Shown: positions 1 through 10,615 of the stretch, piece after piece
How positions within the stretch are numbered: the first letter of the stretch is position 1
Layout: the number at the start of each line of letters is the position of its first letter
Source of the DNA: Candidatus Latescibacterota bacterium
Lineage (GTDB): Bacteria; Latescibacterota; UBA2968; UBA8231
Direction of reading: 5' to 3'
Length of the DNA stretch: 64,000 nucleotides
NCBI GenBank assembly: GCA_965223905.1
Contig: CBDCXV010000010.1
Span: 320,001-384,000 of the forward strand
Program-made: the position numbers and the translations under genes
The notes under the pieces: model-generated
Told to the model about the DNA's origin: nothing
Database searches by the model: none
The model's input: only the letters and a program-made list of their open reading frames with translations

Positions 1-555
1 CCCGACCGCTTCATCGGCTTCGCCTACGTCTCGCCGACGATGCCGCGGACCGTCCGTCCCGAGCTGGAGCGGGCCATCGACGAGCTGGGGCTGCGGGCGA
101 TCAAGATCTACCCACCCTACACCCCGTACCCTCTCGACGACCCTGCCTGGGACCCGGTGTACGGCTTCGCCGACGAGCGCGGCCTCGCCATCATCGCCCA
201 CACCGGGGGCGAGCCGACCGCGGCCCCGGAGCAGTTCGGCCGCGCCGCGGCGCGTTTTCCGAACGCCTTGTTCGTCGCCGGGCACAGCGGCAACGTCGAG
301 CCGTACCGGTCCCAGGCGATCGCCGCGGCCCGCGACAACGCCAACTACTACCTCGAGACCTGCTCGACCTTCCGGCAGCCGGGGGTCGTCGAAAGGCTGG
401 TCGCCGAGGCCGGGGCGGACCGGGTGATCTTCGGGTCCGACATCCCGTTGATGGACCCGCGGCCGCAGCTCGGCAAGATCGTCACCGCGGCCATCGACGC
501 CCGGGCCAAGCGCCTGATCCTCGGCGGCAACGCCCGCCGGCTGCTCAAGCTGTAG
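1..555 (+). CDS. Amidohydrolase-family protein (Amidohydro_2), 5' end outside window
   Basis: The frame is open from base 1. Motifs: IKIYP, AHTG, GHSG, GADRVIFGSDIP, ILGGNARRLL. Confidence 0.85.
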   Translation, partial: PDRFIGFAYVSPTMPRTVRPELERAIDELGLRAIKIYPPYTPYPLDDPAWDPVYGFADERGLAIIAHTGGEPTAAPEQFGRAAARFPNALFVAGHSGNVEPYRSQAIAAARDNANYYLETCSTFRQPGVVERLVAEAGADRVIFGSDIPLMDPRPQLGKIVTAAIDARAKRLILGGNARRLLKL

Positions 556-574
556 CTGCCCTGGAGCGGTTGCG

Positions 575-3499
575 ATGCCCGGCCGCCGCAATCCCGTGAG
601 CCCCGGCAGGGGCGCCCTTTCCCTTGCGATCCTCGTTCCCCTACTGACACTGGAGGTCCCCGACGTGCAGGCGACCGAGCTGTTCGTCGCGCCGGACGGC
701 AGCGACTCCAACCCCGGCACCCGCGACGCTCCCCTCGCCACCCCGGCCGCGGCCCGCGACGCCCTGCGGGCGCGGCGCGCAGCAGGAGCCTTGCCGGGGC
801 CTGCCGTCGTCAACCTGAGGGGCGGCGCCTACCGCATCACCGAAACCCTGCTGCTCGGGCCGGAAGACTCCGGCACCGGGGAGGCCCCCGTCATCTGGCA
901 GGCGGAGCCGGGCACCGGGGAGGTCCGCTTCGTCGGAGGGGTGCGGCTTTCCGAATGGCGACAGGTGGAAGACCGCGGCGTCCTCGAACGCCTGCGGCCG
1001 GAGGCCCGGGCCCGCGTCGTGCAGACCGACCTGCGGGCAGCCGGCGCCGCCGACCTCGGCATGCCGGCCCCTGTCGGCGGCCCCCGCGCCGAGCTGATCT
1101 GCAACGCCCGCTACATGCCGCTGGCCCGCTACCCGAACCGGGAGTGGCTGAAGGTCAGCGCCATCCCCGAGGGCGGGACCCTCGTCGAAACCCAGCGCGA
1201 CAGCCACTACGGCCGCTTCGCCTACGACGACGACCGCCCCGCGGGCTGGGCGGACACCGGCGACCTCTGGGTGCACGGGTACTGGGTCCACGACTGGAGG
1301 GATCAGTACCACCGCGTCGAGGAGCTCGACCTCGACAAGCGGGAAATCCGGCCGCAGCAGCCCTACCACCAGTACGGGTACCGCAAGGGGCAGCGCTTCT
1401 ACTTCCTCAACGTCCTCGAAGAGCTGGACGAGCCCGGGGAGTGGTACCTCGACCGCGGCAGCGGCATCCTCTACTTCTGGCCGCCCGCGGACCTCGCCGG
1501 GGCCGAGATCTTCTTTCCGCAGCTGGCCGAACCGATGCTCGTCATGCAGGAGACCCGCCACGTGCTGGTGCGGCGAATCACCTTCGAGGCGGCCCACGAC
1601 AAGGCGGTCGTCATCGAAAGCGGCAGCGACAACGAGATCGCCGGCTGCACGATCCGCAACTTCGGCGCCCGCATCGCCGTCGTCATCGGCGGCACCCGCA
1701 ACGGCATCCGCAGCAGCGACCTCTACGAGGTAGCCGGGGCCGGAATCCAGCTGGGAGGCGGAGACCGCACAACTCTCACTCCCGGCCGCAACCGGGCGGT
1801 CAACAACGACATCCACCGCACCGGCCGCGTCTACCGCACCTATCACGGCGCCTTCAGGCTCGAGGGGGTCGGCAACCGCATCGCCCACTGCTGGATCCAC
1901 GACCTGCCGCACCAGGGGATCGGCTACAAGGGGAACGACCACGTCATCGAGTACTGCGAGTTCGAGCGCATCGCCCTGGAGACCGGGGACGTCGGGGCGA
2001 CCTACACCGGCGCCGACTGGACCTTCATGGGGCACGAGTTCCGCTACAACTACTTCCACGACATCCACGGCCCGGGCAGGCTCGGCTGCTACACGATCTA
2101 CCCCGACCTGCCCTGCGGCGGCATCCACCTGCACCACAACATCTTCTACGACGTCGACCAGGTGTTCCACACCAACAGCGGCCGCGCCATGGTGATCGAG
2201 AACAACATCTTCCTGCGCGCCGACCGCGCCATGAGCTTCAGCGTCTGGAAGGACTCGGCGATGTTCCTGGAGGAGGGGCCCTGGAGGATGGTGGAGAATC
2301 TCGAGGCGGCCCGCTACGACCAGCCGCCCTACATCACCCGCTACCCGACGCTGCGGCAGCTCGCCGCGGACTTCAGCCTCGGCCCGGGCCAGCTCCTGCA
2401 GCGCCAGCTTCCCAAGGACAACCTGATCCGGCGCAACATCAGCCGCACCGGCCTGTTCCTGCGGCTCGGAGCGGAGGCGAGCCTCGACCACGTCCGGGTG
2501 GAGGGAAACCTGATAGCCGACGCCGAGGTCTTCCACGGCTCCTTCGACGGCAGCGGCGAGAGGGTCCTCTACAGGAACGGGGACGCAGAGGCCGCGGCCC
2601 GGCTCGGGGCGCGGGGGAACGTCATCCTCGACGGCGACCCCGGCTTCGGCGGCCTCGAGAGCCAGGACTTCCGGCTCGCCGCCGATTCCCCGGCGTGGGA
2701 CCTCGGGTTCGAGCCGATCCCCTTCCATGAGATCGGCCTGCGCGTCGACGAGTACCGGGAGTCCCTGCCGCGGCGGGCCGCGGCGCCGCTGATCACCCCC
2801 GGGTCCCGGGTCTTCCCCAACGAGGTGATGGTCAGCCTGACGCCGTCCCCCCTGCCCGGCGGCCCCGAGAGCGTGCTGCGCTACACCCTCGACGGCACCG
2901 ACCCGACCGCGTCCTCGGCGGTCTATTCCGGGCGGCTCCGCATCGATCGCGACGTCACCGTCAAGGCGGCCTCGTTCCGCGGGGGCGTGCAGTCGGAGGT
3001 GATTTCCGAGACCTACGAGCGCATCGATCTCGCGGAAGGGGCGGTGTATCTGAGCGATCTCGCGGAGCGGGAGGTCGAGGCGTATCCCGGCTGCTGGGCG
3101 CGGGACCGGAACTACCTCGGCGGGCCGATCCGCCTCGGGGGCAAGGCCTACCCCAAGGGGCTGCTCGTGCATCCGCGGGAGGCCGACGGCGGCGGCCGCG
3201 CCTGGGTCGTCTACGACCTGGAGGGCGCCCTGGATAAGGCCACGACCTTCACCGCCCTCATCGGCATCGACGACGAGATGGAGAGCTGGGGCCTCGGCTC
3301 CAGCATCTTCATCGTCGAGATCGACCGCGGCGGCGGCTGGGAGCGGGTGTTCGAGAGCGGCAGGCTCGCGGTCGGAGAGGCGCCGCAACGGATCAGCGTC
3401 GACATCTCCGGGGCCGGGAAGCTCAAGCTGATCACCACCGATGCGGGGGACGGCATCTCCTGCGACCACGCGGTCTGGGGGCTGGCGGAGCTGCATTGA
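575..3499 (+). CDS. Secreted right-handed parallel beta-helix protein with C-terminal FN3/CHB_HEX_C-like and NPCBM/NEW2 domains (putative glycan-active enzyme)
   Basis: LFVAPDGSDSNPGTRDAPLAT start, NVLEELDEPGEWYLD, YTLDGTDPT and CDHAVWG motifs. The start codon is uncertain. Confidence 0.8.
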   Translation: MPGRRNPVSPGRGALSLAILVPLLTLEVPDVQATELFVAPDGSDSNPGTRDAPLATPAAARDALRARRAAGALPGPAVVNLRGGAYRITETLLLGPEDSGTGEAPVIWQAEPGTGEVRFVGGVRLSEWRQVEDRGVLERLRPEARARVVQTDLRAAGAADLGMPAPVGGPRAELICNARYMPLARYPNREWLKVSAIPEGGTLVETQRDSHYGRFAYDDDRPAGWADTGDLWVHGYWVHDWRDQYHRVEELDLDKREIRPQQPYHQYGYRKGQRFYFLNVLEELDEPGEWYLDRGSGILYFWPPADLAGAEIFFPQLAEPMLVMQETRHVLVRRITFEAAHDKAVVIESGSDNEIAGCTIRNFGARIAVVIGGTRNGIRSSDLYEVAGAGIQLGGGDRTTLTPGRNRAVNNDIHRTGRVYRTYHGAFRLEGVGNRIAHCWIHDLPHQGIGYKGNDHVIEYCEFERIALETGDVGATYTGADWTFMGHEFRYNYFHDIHGPGRLGCYTIYPDLPCGGIHLHHNIFYDVDQVFHTNSGRAMVIENNIFLRADRAMSFSVWKDSAMFLEEGPWRMVENLEAARYDQPPYITRYPTLRQLAADFSLGPGQLLQRQLPKDNLIRRNISRTGLFLRLGAEASLDHVRVEGNLIADAEVFHGSFDGSGERVLYRNGDAEAAARLGARGNVILDGDPGFGGLESQDFRLAADSPAWDLGFEPIPFHEIGLRVDEYRESLPRRAAAPLITPGSRVFPNEVMVSLTPSPLPGGPESVLRYTLDGTDPTASSAVYSGRLRIDRDVTVKAASFRGGVQSEVISETYERIDLAEGAVYLSDLAEREVEAYPGCWARDRNYLGGPIRLGGKAYPKGLLVHPREADGGGRAWVVYDLEGALDKATTFTALIGIDDEMESWGLGSSIFIVEIDRGGGWERVFESGRLAVGEAPQRISVDISGAGKLKLITTDAGDGISCDHAVWGLAELH

Positions 3500-3737
3500 A
3501 CGGAGAAAACCGGACCGGCACGGGGCTCGATCCGTCGATGCCAGCCCCTGATCGTAACAACCCTTCGCGGCCTGCCGCGGTCGGTGAAGCCGTATCGCCG
3601 GCAGGTCCGGGCGGCAGACCGGACCGGTTCCGGCCTCGTCCATTTTTTCGAAGGAGCCACTTCGCAAAAGGTTCGGTCCAGGCACCAGGTCGGAAGGACC
3701 GGCAACCACCACATGGACATTCCCAGGAGATTCTGAA

Positions 3738-4838
3738 ATGAGCGCACCGCTCCGCGCCGCCGTGATCGGCCTAGGGCGCATGGGCAGCACCTTCGACGAC
3801 GAACGCACCGGCGGCGGCGCCGTGTACCTGCCGTACTGCCACACCCCGGCCTACCTCGCCTCGCCGCACACCGAGCTGGTCGGGGGAGCCGACCCGCACG
3901 ACGAGCAGCGCTCGATATACGCGGAGCGCTGGGGCCTGCAGGGGCACGTGTACGCCGACTACCGGGAGCTGCTCGAAAAGGAGAAGCCGGACATCGTCAG
4001 CGTCTGCACCAGCGCCCGGCCGCGGGCCGGGATCGTCGAAACCGCGGCGAACTCAGGAGTGACGGCGATCTGGGCGGAGAAGCCGATCGCCCTGACCCTG
4101 GCCCAGGCGGACCGCATGGTCGAGGTCTGCGCCGCCAACGGCGTCACCCTGGCGGTCAACTGCGCCCGGCGCTGGAACCCCCACTACGCCAGCGCCCGCG
4201 AGCTGATCATGGCCGGGGAGATCGGCGAGCTGCTGCAGGTGACGGCCTACTACCTGTGCGGCCTGTCCCACAACGGCAGCCACGGCATCGACGCCATGCG
4301 CTACCTCGCCGCCGACGCCGAGGTCCGCTGGGTGTTCGGGGAGATCGAGTCGGACGAGGCGGCCTTCGCAGAGGAGGATCCGCAGGGGAACGGGTACCTG
4401 GCGTTCGACAACGGCGTGCGCGGGTTCCTGCGCTCGATGGATTGCGGGCCGGTCACCGGGCGCGAGTTCGACGTCCTCGGGACCGGCGGGAGGATCCGCG
4501 TGGTCGAGAGCAACCTGCAGTTCGAGCTGTGGAAGCCGGTCCCCGGAGGTCCCCGGGGGGGCACGCAGGCGGCCCAGCTGCCTTTCCCCTACCCGACGCG
4601 CATCGAGGGGATGGGGCCGACCATCATCGACGACATCGTCAGGTCGGCCGAGGCCGGGAGCAAGCCGCGCTGCTCAGGCGCGGACGCGCGCGACGCTCTC
4701 GAGGTCGCCCTGGCGCTGCGGGAGTCGCACCGGCGGGGGTTCGTCCGGGTCGACCTGCCGCTGGAGGACCGCTCCCTCGGCATCGTATCGGCGGAAGCGC
4801 TGGAGGACGACCTGCCGGCGCGGGTGAGGCGGCTGTAG
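3738..4838 (+). CDS. Gfo/Idh/MocA family oxidoreductase
   Basis: AAVIGLGRMG Rossmann motif, AEKPIA motif and an AGGAG RBS upstream. Confidence 0.9.
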   Translation: MSAPLRAAVIGLGRMGSTFDDERTGGGAVYLPYCHTPAYLASPHTELVGGADPHDEQRSIYAERWGLQGHVYADYRELLEKEKPDIVSVCTSARPRAGIVETAANSGVTAIWAEKPIALTLAQADRMVEVCAANGVTLAVNCARRWNPHYASARELIMAGEIGELLQVTAYYLCGLSHNGSHGIDAMRYLAADAEVRWVFGEIESDEAAFAEEDPQGNGYLAFDNGVRGFLRSMDCGPVTGREFDVLGTGGRIRVVESNLQFELWKPVPGGPRGGTQAAQLPFPYPTRIEGMGPTIIDDIVRSAEAGSKPRCSGADARDALEVALALRESHRRGFVRVDLPLEDRSLGIVSAEALEDDLPARVRRL

Positions 4839-5079
4839 GCGGGGGGTTGAGGGGGGCGGTCACAATTCTGATGAAAATTGAACACCCCTTGATGTTGGAG
4901 CCGGAGGGCGGTTCCAGCCTCGAGTGTTCAGTTCGGGCGGCTGGCCGAACGGATTCAGCCCGATGAGGTCGGGCAAATCGAAAGCTGGCTACTTAACCAG
5001 ACCGTCGTCTGGCGTCGCCATACCGCGCTGATCCGGGTGACGAGGTCGTCGAGCGCTTAGACATTCTTGGGGGGGAATG

Positions 5080-5601
5080 TTAAGAGCGCACTCTCCAATC
5101 GGTGTGGAAGTCCAACTCTCGAATCAGCTCGAATGTGTTTATGGGCCGAACGTCGAAATCACGACTCACGTCAGGCAACTTTCGGTTAGCCCGGGTTCGG
5201 CTTGGCTTGGAATGCTCGGTGGTTACCACACACCTTCCTTGTATATCAACGAGAGCATAAGCGACCAAGAACGGGTCGCGTCCCATCTTTACAATTTCCT
5301 CGTCGGTCAAGTCACTGGCATACCCCCGCTCGGTGACGCGGGCAACCAAGTCTACGTCAGCCTCTTCATCTAGCACGATCGCATCTTTGTTTGTCTTTGA
5401 CCACTCGACCAATGGATCCGGCCGATCCTCTGGTGGCGGGGGAAGGATAACCTCATCAAAAAACTCCTGAGGAATTTTGATCCGGCCGAGTCTGCCCATC
5501 TCCAACAACCAAGCCCAAAACTCAGGAATCCTCGAAATAGGGTAGTAATCCCGATTCGCGTCAATGAGTACATTGGCGTCCAGAAGGTAAAGCACAGGCA
5601 T
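5080..5601 (-). CDS. DUF4411-family PIN-fold protein
   Basis: YLLDANVLI, DPFLVAYA, VVTTE and KLPDV motifs. It lies directly downstream of the ImmA-domain gene. Confidence 0.8.
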   Translation of the reverse strand: MPVLYLLDANVLIDANRDYYPISRIPEFWAWLLEMGRLGRIKIPQEFFDEVILPPPPEDRPDPLVEWSKTNKDAIVLDEEADVDLVARVTERGYASDLTDEEIVKMGRDPFLVAYALVDIQGRCVVTTEHSKPSRTRANRKLPDVSRDFDVRPINTFELIRELDFHTDWRVRS

Positions 5602-5604
5602 TGC

Positions 5605-6798
5605 CTATCCTGAACGGCCTGCGCCCAGCAGTGATTGTACCTGCCTCGGCTTGACCCCCAGGATTTGTGCCGCTTTGGAAGTTGACAGAACATCTGCCGC
5701 AATCATGCGCTCCGCCAGCCCGATAATCCGATTGCCCAGTCGATGGCGGCGCACCCTATAGTAGCTTGGTCCGCTTTCCTGCTCGCGTGCCTGCGCACGG
5801 CTCCTTTCCCGTTCCCCATGCCACGCTTGGCGATATATGCCTGCCAACTGGTCATAGGTCTCCCGGGAGATCAGATCAGACCGATATGCCTTGTAGGCAA
5901 CCATGGCGCTGCTCACTTTGAACTCGCTCGCAAACGCTGTGATTCGTTCTGAGATGTGGCGGATATCGCCACGACCGTCGAGAGTGAGTCGCTTCAGTTC
6001 CCGTGCAGGCAGCAGGAACTCCCCTGCAACATCATTGCAGAACCGTTCTACCTCGTTTTCCACATTGCTTCCGCTGATCCCGGTATGACCGAGCAGGAGA
6101 TGAACCGTTTCGTGCAACAGGGTGAACGACCAGGCAGATTGTGCATCCTGATCGTTGATCACAATGAAAGGGGCCACTTCGTCCGCGATAGCGAACCCTC
6201 GAAAGACCGTCGTATCCAAGGCTGTCTTGTAGTTACCCAAGTCCCCCTTTAGCAGGACAAATATCCCCGCATTTTCTGCGTTCCCGCGCAACAGGTTAAA
6301 AGCAGCCGAGGCGTTGGACTGGGCGCGGTAGTCCGCCGAATCGAGGCCCAGCATCCCCTGCAATGATTCCAAAACTGCTGGGCCTCCATCTTCAATGCGG
6401 TGAGAGCCGACGAAAGCCAGCGCCTCCGCTTCCTCTTCATCCTCCAGCATGACGCGAACCATGCTCTGACGCGCCCTTATCTCCCGGATCAACGCGTCCA
6501 ACCGCGCTTCATCAGAGCTCTGATTTCTTTGGGTCAGGGTGCGGAAATCCACCCCCCGCTTACCCATCTGCGGCGGTTTGGAGAGGTAAAACGTGAGCAA
6601 CGGACGGCGGTACTGTCCCGCCATTTTTACCAACTGGGGGCGGGAGGGCTCCTTTAGACCTTGCTCAATCCGGGCAAGTTTCTCTACCGCGGAAGATCTG
6701 GGGGTATTTTGAAAGCCCAGCTGCCTGGCCGCCTCCTCCTGAGTAAGACCGGCCGTCTCGCGGGCCCAAATCATGATGGCCGGGTTGACCCTGGGCAT
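5605..6798 (-). CDS. XRE HTH + ImmA/IrrE metallopeptidase-domain protein
   Basis: N-terminal WARETAGLTQEEAA helix-turn-helix, FTLLHETVH (HExxH) and ERFCNDVAGEFLLP. Confidence 0.88.
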   Translation of the reverse strand: MPRVNPAIMIWARETAGLTQEEAARQLGFQNTPRSSAVEKLARIEQGLKEPSRPQLVKMAGQYRRPLLTFYLSKPPQMGKRGVDFRTLTQRNQSSDEARLDALIREIRARQSMVRVMLEDEEEAEALAFVGSHRIEDGGPAVLESLQGMLGLDSADYRAQSNASAAFNLLRGNAENAGIFVLLKGDLGNYKTALDTTVFRGFAIADEVAPFIVINDQDAQSAWSFTLLHETVHLLLGHTGISGSNVENEVERFCNDVAGEFLLPARELKRLTLDGRGDIRHISERITAFASEFKVSSAMVAYKAYRSDLISRETYDQLAGIYRQAWHGERERSRAQAREQESGPSYYRVRRHRLGNRIIGLAERMIAADVLSTSKAAQILGVKPRQVQSLLGAGRSG

Positions 6799-6942
6799 CG
6801 TTCTGCAGTCCCTCTTCTATTCGTAATGCGTAGTCAGGTTTTCGTTGACAGGCATCGCCTGTCATTACTCAAAGAAGCTATGCCACCTCGCACACGGGCA
6901 ACCGCCCTGTTTTCCGGCGGCCAAGTCGAATAGTGGCCGCGG

Positions 6943-7920
6943 TCAGTCCAGGACGCGGTCCTGGCCCGCCGAGGCCTCGTCGAGACGGGCCCGGTCCTCC
7001 GGCGTGATCGACCAGCCCACCGCGCCGGCGTTCTCCTCCATGTGGGCAACCGTGTCGCCGCCGGTGATGGCGGCCGTCACCTCCGGGTGGGAGAGCACCC
7101 AGTTGATCGCCGTCTGCGCCACGGTGCGGCCGTGGGCGCCGGCGATCTCCCGCAGGACCTCCAGGGTGCGGCGCGCCGCCTCGTTCAGAGCCTGCTCCAG
7201 GTCGCCGGCACGACCCCTGGCGTAGAGGGTGCCTTCAGGCGCCGGCTCTCCCGGGGTGTACACGCCCGAGAGCAGGCCCACCCCGAGGGGGCTGTAGGTC
7301 ATGACCCCGAACCCCTGGTCGCGCTGCGCCGGCCACATCTCACGCTCCAGCTCGCGGTTGAGGAGGTTGTAGGGGTTCTGGATGCAGATCAGGGAATCGA
7401 GCCCGAGGCGGTCCTGCGTCCACAACGCCTTGAGCACCTGCCAGGCCTGGAAGTTGGAGACGCCCACGTAGCGGGTCTTGCCGGCGCGCACCGCGTCGTC
7501 GAGGGCGCGCAGCGTCTCCTCGAGGGGCGTCCCGTCGTCGTACTCGTGCAGGATGTAGATGTCGATGTGATCGGTTTCGAGGCGGGCCAGGGTGCGGTCG
7601 ATCTCCCGCAGGATGTGATATCGCGACAGCCCCGCGTCGTTCGGCCCGCCGCCAATGCGGGCGGCCACTTTCGAGGTGACCACGAGGTCGTCGCGGTGCC
7701 GCTTGAGGACGCGCGCAAGGAGCTGCTCCGACGTGCCGCGGGTCTCGTAACCGTCCCCGAGGCCGTAGATGTTGGCGCAGTCGATGAAGTTGATCCCGAG
7801 CTCGATGCCCCGCTCGATGGCGCGTTCCGCCACGTCCGCGTCCTTCTGCCCGCGCAGGCCCAGGCCGTAGGCCAGGCGCGACACTTTCAGGCCGGAGCGG
7901 CCGAAATTTACGTATTCCAT
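6943..7920 (-). CDS. Aldo/keto reductase
   Basis: GRSGLKVSRL, FIDCANIYG, DHIDIYILH, YVGVSN and YSPLG motifs. Confidence 0.92.
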   Translation of the reverse strand: MEYVNFGRSGLKVSRLAYGLGLRGQKDADVAERAIERGIELGINFIDCANIYGLGDGYETRGTSEQLLARVLKRHRDDLVVTSKVAARIGGGPNDAGLSRYHILREIDRTLARLETDHIDIYILHEYDDGTPLEETLRALDDAVRAGKTRYVGVSNFQAWQVLKALWTQDRLGLDSLICIQNPYNLLNRELEREMWPAQRDQGFGVMTYSPLGVGLLSGVYTPGEPAPEGTLYARGRAGDLEQALNEAARRTLEVLREIAGAHGRTVAQTAINWVLSHPEVTAAITGGDTVAHMEENAGAVGWSITPEDRARLDEASAGQDRVLD

Positions 7921-7973
7921 ACTCTCCTCCTTGGACTGTGTCTGAATCCGGGTCCCTCCATGCGCTCTATAAA

Positions 7974-8558
7974 CTAGGAGTTTTCCAGCAGACCGCCGGC
8001 GTCCAGCACATGCCAGAAGGCGTAGTCCGCATGATGCACTATCGTGTTCTCCAGGCTGCGGACGACCAGCTCACCCTCACCCGAATGGGCGCCTGCGGCG
8101 TGCGCGACCGCTTCCGGAAGCCCGACGGTCAGGCAGACGTGCACGCCGTAGCCGGGATGCCGGATCGAAGGGAACCCCGCGGCACTCGGCGATTCCCGCC
8201 AACGGGCCTGGTTCTCCGGGTCGAACTCCCACGGCTTGCCCACGTCATGGCACAGCGCGCAGGCAACCAGGAGGTCGCGGTTCACTTCGAGCTCGGGGAA
8301 CATCGCGGTCAGCTCGTCGCCGATGCGCATGGCGAGCAGCGTGACCCCGCGGATATGGTGGGTCTGTGTTCCCCGCTTGAGCGGCGGCGAGTCCGGATTG
8401 CCTGACGCACGGATTTCGTCAATCGATTTGAATGAGCTTTTGCCGAGAGCGTACGCCCACGCATCGATCACCTGGTTCCGCAGCGTTTCGTCGCCGATTT
8501 CGTTCACCTCGGGCAACGAGCGAACAACCGACTGCCGCAGCTCTTCAGAAATTTGCAC
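7974..8558 (-). CDS. HD-domain protein
   Basis: ALCHDVGK, H-rich motifs and VHHAD. Confidence 0.8.
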   Translation of the reverse strand: MQISEELRQSVVRSLPEVNEIGDETLRNQVIDAWAYALGKSSFKSIDEIRASGNPDSPPLKRGTQTHHIRGVTLLAMRIGDELTAMFPELEVNRDLLVACALCHDVGKPWEFDPENQARWRESPSAAGFPSIRHPGYGVHVCLTVGLPEAVAHAAGAHSGEGELVVRSLENTIVHHADYAFWHVLDAGGLLENS

Positions 8559-8732
8559 GGTCTCCTCCTGTGTAAATCGAAATACTCGAGAGCGTGTTCA
8601 TCGGGTAATCGGCAAGTATGGATGGACCCATGAAGAGGGGCAACCAGCGATTGCCCGCGCTCAACCCCAGGCATCGTCGTCGAGCAAAGACGAGGAAACG
8701 GGCGTCGCCGATGCGTTGGCCGCCTGTGCCCT

Positions 8733-9821
8733 TCAACCGTAGATCTGCCGGAGCCGCCGCGCCGCCTCGGCCTGGTACTGCAGCTTGCGGTAGACCTCGT
8801 CCAGGTCGACCCGCGCCGCCGATCCGGGGGCGAAGCCGCAGTCGGGGTTGAGGACGATGCGCTCGGCGCCGATCACCTCCGCCGCCTGCTGGACGCGCTC
8901 CACGATCCGCGCCGCGTCGTCGATCTCCCCCGGGTGCACCCCGACGCAGCCGAGCCCGATTTCCAGGTATTCGGGGAGCTGCTCCAGAACCTCGACGTCG
9001 CCGGCGCCCGGGTTGGTGAACTCCAGGGTCAGGTGGTCGGTGTCGAGCTCCCGAAGGGCGGGGACGATGGGGCCGTAGCCGCCGCTGTGGTAGGCCTCCC
9101 CGCGCACTCTGGCGCCGGCTCTGCGGCACAGGTGGACCGCCCGCACGGCCTCGCCGGCGATGCCCACGAGGACCTCGTTGTCCATGTCGACGGAGAAGGC
9201 GGCCTCCTCGTCGGCGCCCCAGTCCTCTTCGTCGTAATGGTCGCGGACCTCGGGATCGACGAGCAGGCACAGGTGCGGATCGTCCACCTGCACGATGTCG
9301 GCCCCGGCTTCGACGACCAGCTCCGCCTCGCGCTGCAGGATCGGCGCCACCGCCTCGGCAAAGGCGCGCGGCGTCCCGTAGGCCTCGAGGGAGAGGTCCG
9401 CGTCCCACATGCGCTCGCCCAGCAGGGCCGGCGACGGCAGCGCCACCTTGATCAGGCGGTCCGTCAGCGAGCGCAGGTGCTCGACCTCGGCCGCCGCCAC
9501 CCCCTGGTTCCGGACCGACACCGCTCCGGTGACCACGGTCCATGGACGGCCGTCCTCCGTCCGGCTCACCTCGAACCCGTCGGCCAGCTCGGCGATGACG
9601 CCGATGTAGGAAGCCCGCCGCCACTCGCCGTCGGAGATCACGTCGAGGCCGGCCGCTTCCTGCACCGAGACAGCGTGGGCAACGGCGGCGTCGAGCCGGC
9701 CCTTCCAGCCCTCGTCCCGGCGGCCGTCGACGACGATCTCGCGCACGTACTCGGGCCGCGGCAGGGAGCCGACCACCGACGTCGGGAACAGGGATCCGCA
9801 GCGCTCCACGAGGGTGGGCAT
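8733..9821 (-). CDS. Cobalamin-independent methionine synthase II family protein
   Basis: TSVVGSLPRP, GLDVISDGEWRR, VHLCR and LNPDCGF motifs. The real start is MPTLVER at 9821, overlapping the upstream stop. Confidence 0.88.
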   Translation of the reverse strand: MPTLVERCGSLFPTSVVGSLPRPEYVREIVVDGRRDEGWKGRLDAAVAHAVSVQEAAGLDVISDGEWRRASYIGVIAELADGFEVSRTEDGRPWTVVTGAVSVRNQGVAAAEVEHLRSLTDRLIKVALPSPALLGERMWDADLSLEAYGTPRAFAEAVAPILQREAELVVEAGADIVQVDDPHLCLLVDPEVRDHYDEEDWGADEEAAFSVDMDNEVLVGIAGEAVRAVHLCRRAGARVRGEAYHSGGYGPIVPALRELDTDHLTLEFTNPGAGDVEVLEQLPEYLEIGLGCVGVHPGEIDDAARIVERVQQAAEVIGAERIVLNPDCGFAPGSAARVDLDEVYRKLQYQAEAARRLRQIYG

Positions 9822-10582
9822 CAGGCGTACCTCCGCGGCCAGCTCTCGTTGGCCAGGGCGTAATCCTCCTCGGTGTCGACTTCGGCGTACTCGCCTCCCG
9901 TGGTCACCATGTGGATCCTTTCCTCCTGTTCGAGCATGTGCTGGTAGAGATGGATGAGATAGGCCTGGCGGAAGGGGGTTCCGTCCTGCCAGACCTGGCC
10001 GTCGAATCGCGCCCGCACCCGGTGGTAGTGGCGGCGCAGAGCGCGGGCCCCGGCGGCGGAAAACCGGGCCACGCCGATGTACTCCCCGCTGGCCTCGGAG
10101 GAGGGCAGTTTGCGGCTCACCCGCAGCACCCGGTCCCCCTCGGTGACCACCTTCTCGGCGTCGTCCTCCGGATGCTGGCTGCGGGCCGCGTAGCGCTCCC
10201 GCCAGCGGGTGTCGACGCAGAGCACGGCGTCGCCGGGATGGTCCAGTGCCCGGCGTACCACGGCCGCCCGGTAGAGGATGTCGGCGTAGGTGACGAGAAA
10301 GCCGCCGTCCATGTGGTCCTCGGCGCACATGAGCGAAGCGAGGATGTTCGTGCTCTCCCAGTCCGGATTGTGACAGAAGGTCAGTTGCGGGTAGTCGTGC
10401 CGGACCTGGTCGATGCGGTACCCGCCGATGAAGACGAAATCGCTCACGCCGGCATCGCGCAGGGCTTGCAGCAGCCAGTCGAGGATGCGCCGGCCGCCGA
10501 TGGGGGCGTACGGCTTCGGCTGTTCGTCGGTGAGGGCCTTGAGCCGGCGGCCCCGGCCCGCCCCCAGGATCAGTGCACGCAT
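9821..10582 (-). CDS. Phosphocholine cytidylyltransferase-family NTP transferase
   Basis: ALILGAGRGRRL...PK, YADILY, GEYIGV and EVDTEEDY motifs. Confidence 0.85.
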   Translation of the reverse strand: MRALILGAGRGRRLKALTDEQPKPYAPIGGRRILDWLLQALRDAGVSDFVFIGGYRIDQVRHDYPQLTFCHNPDWESTNILASLMCAEDHMDGGFLVTYADILYRAAVVRRALDHPGDAVLCVDTRWRERYAARSQHPEDDAEKVVTEGDRVLRVSRKLPSSEASGEYIGVARFSAAGARALRRHYHRVRARFDGQVWQDGTPFRQAYLIHLYQHMLEQEERIHMVTTGGEYAEVDTEEDYALANESWPRRYA

Positions 10583-10615
10583 GCGGGTAAGGATACTTTC
10601 TGCCCTGGACTCATC

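Noticed and set aside
3500-3737. Hairpin-rich intergenic region as a riboswitch
   Set aside because: Only short GC stems (e.g. GGTCCGG/CCGGACC) are present, which is expected at this GC content. No known aptamer motif is recognised.
641-3844. Long antisense and alternate-frame ORFs (e.g. 641-3844, 9911-12010, 24857-26281, 32588-33796)
   Set aside because: These are shadow ORFs expected from high-GC codon bias opposite genes with clear motifs.
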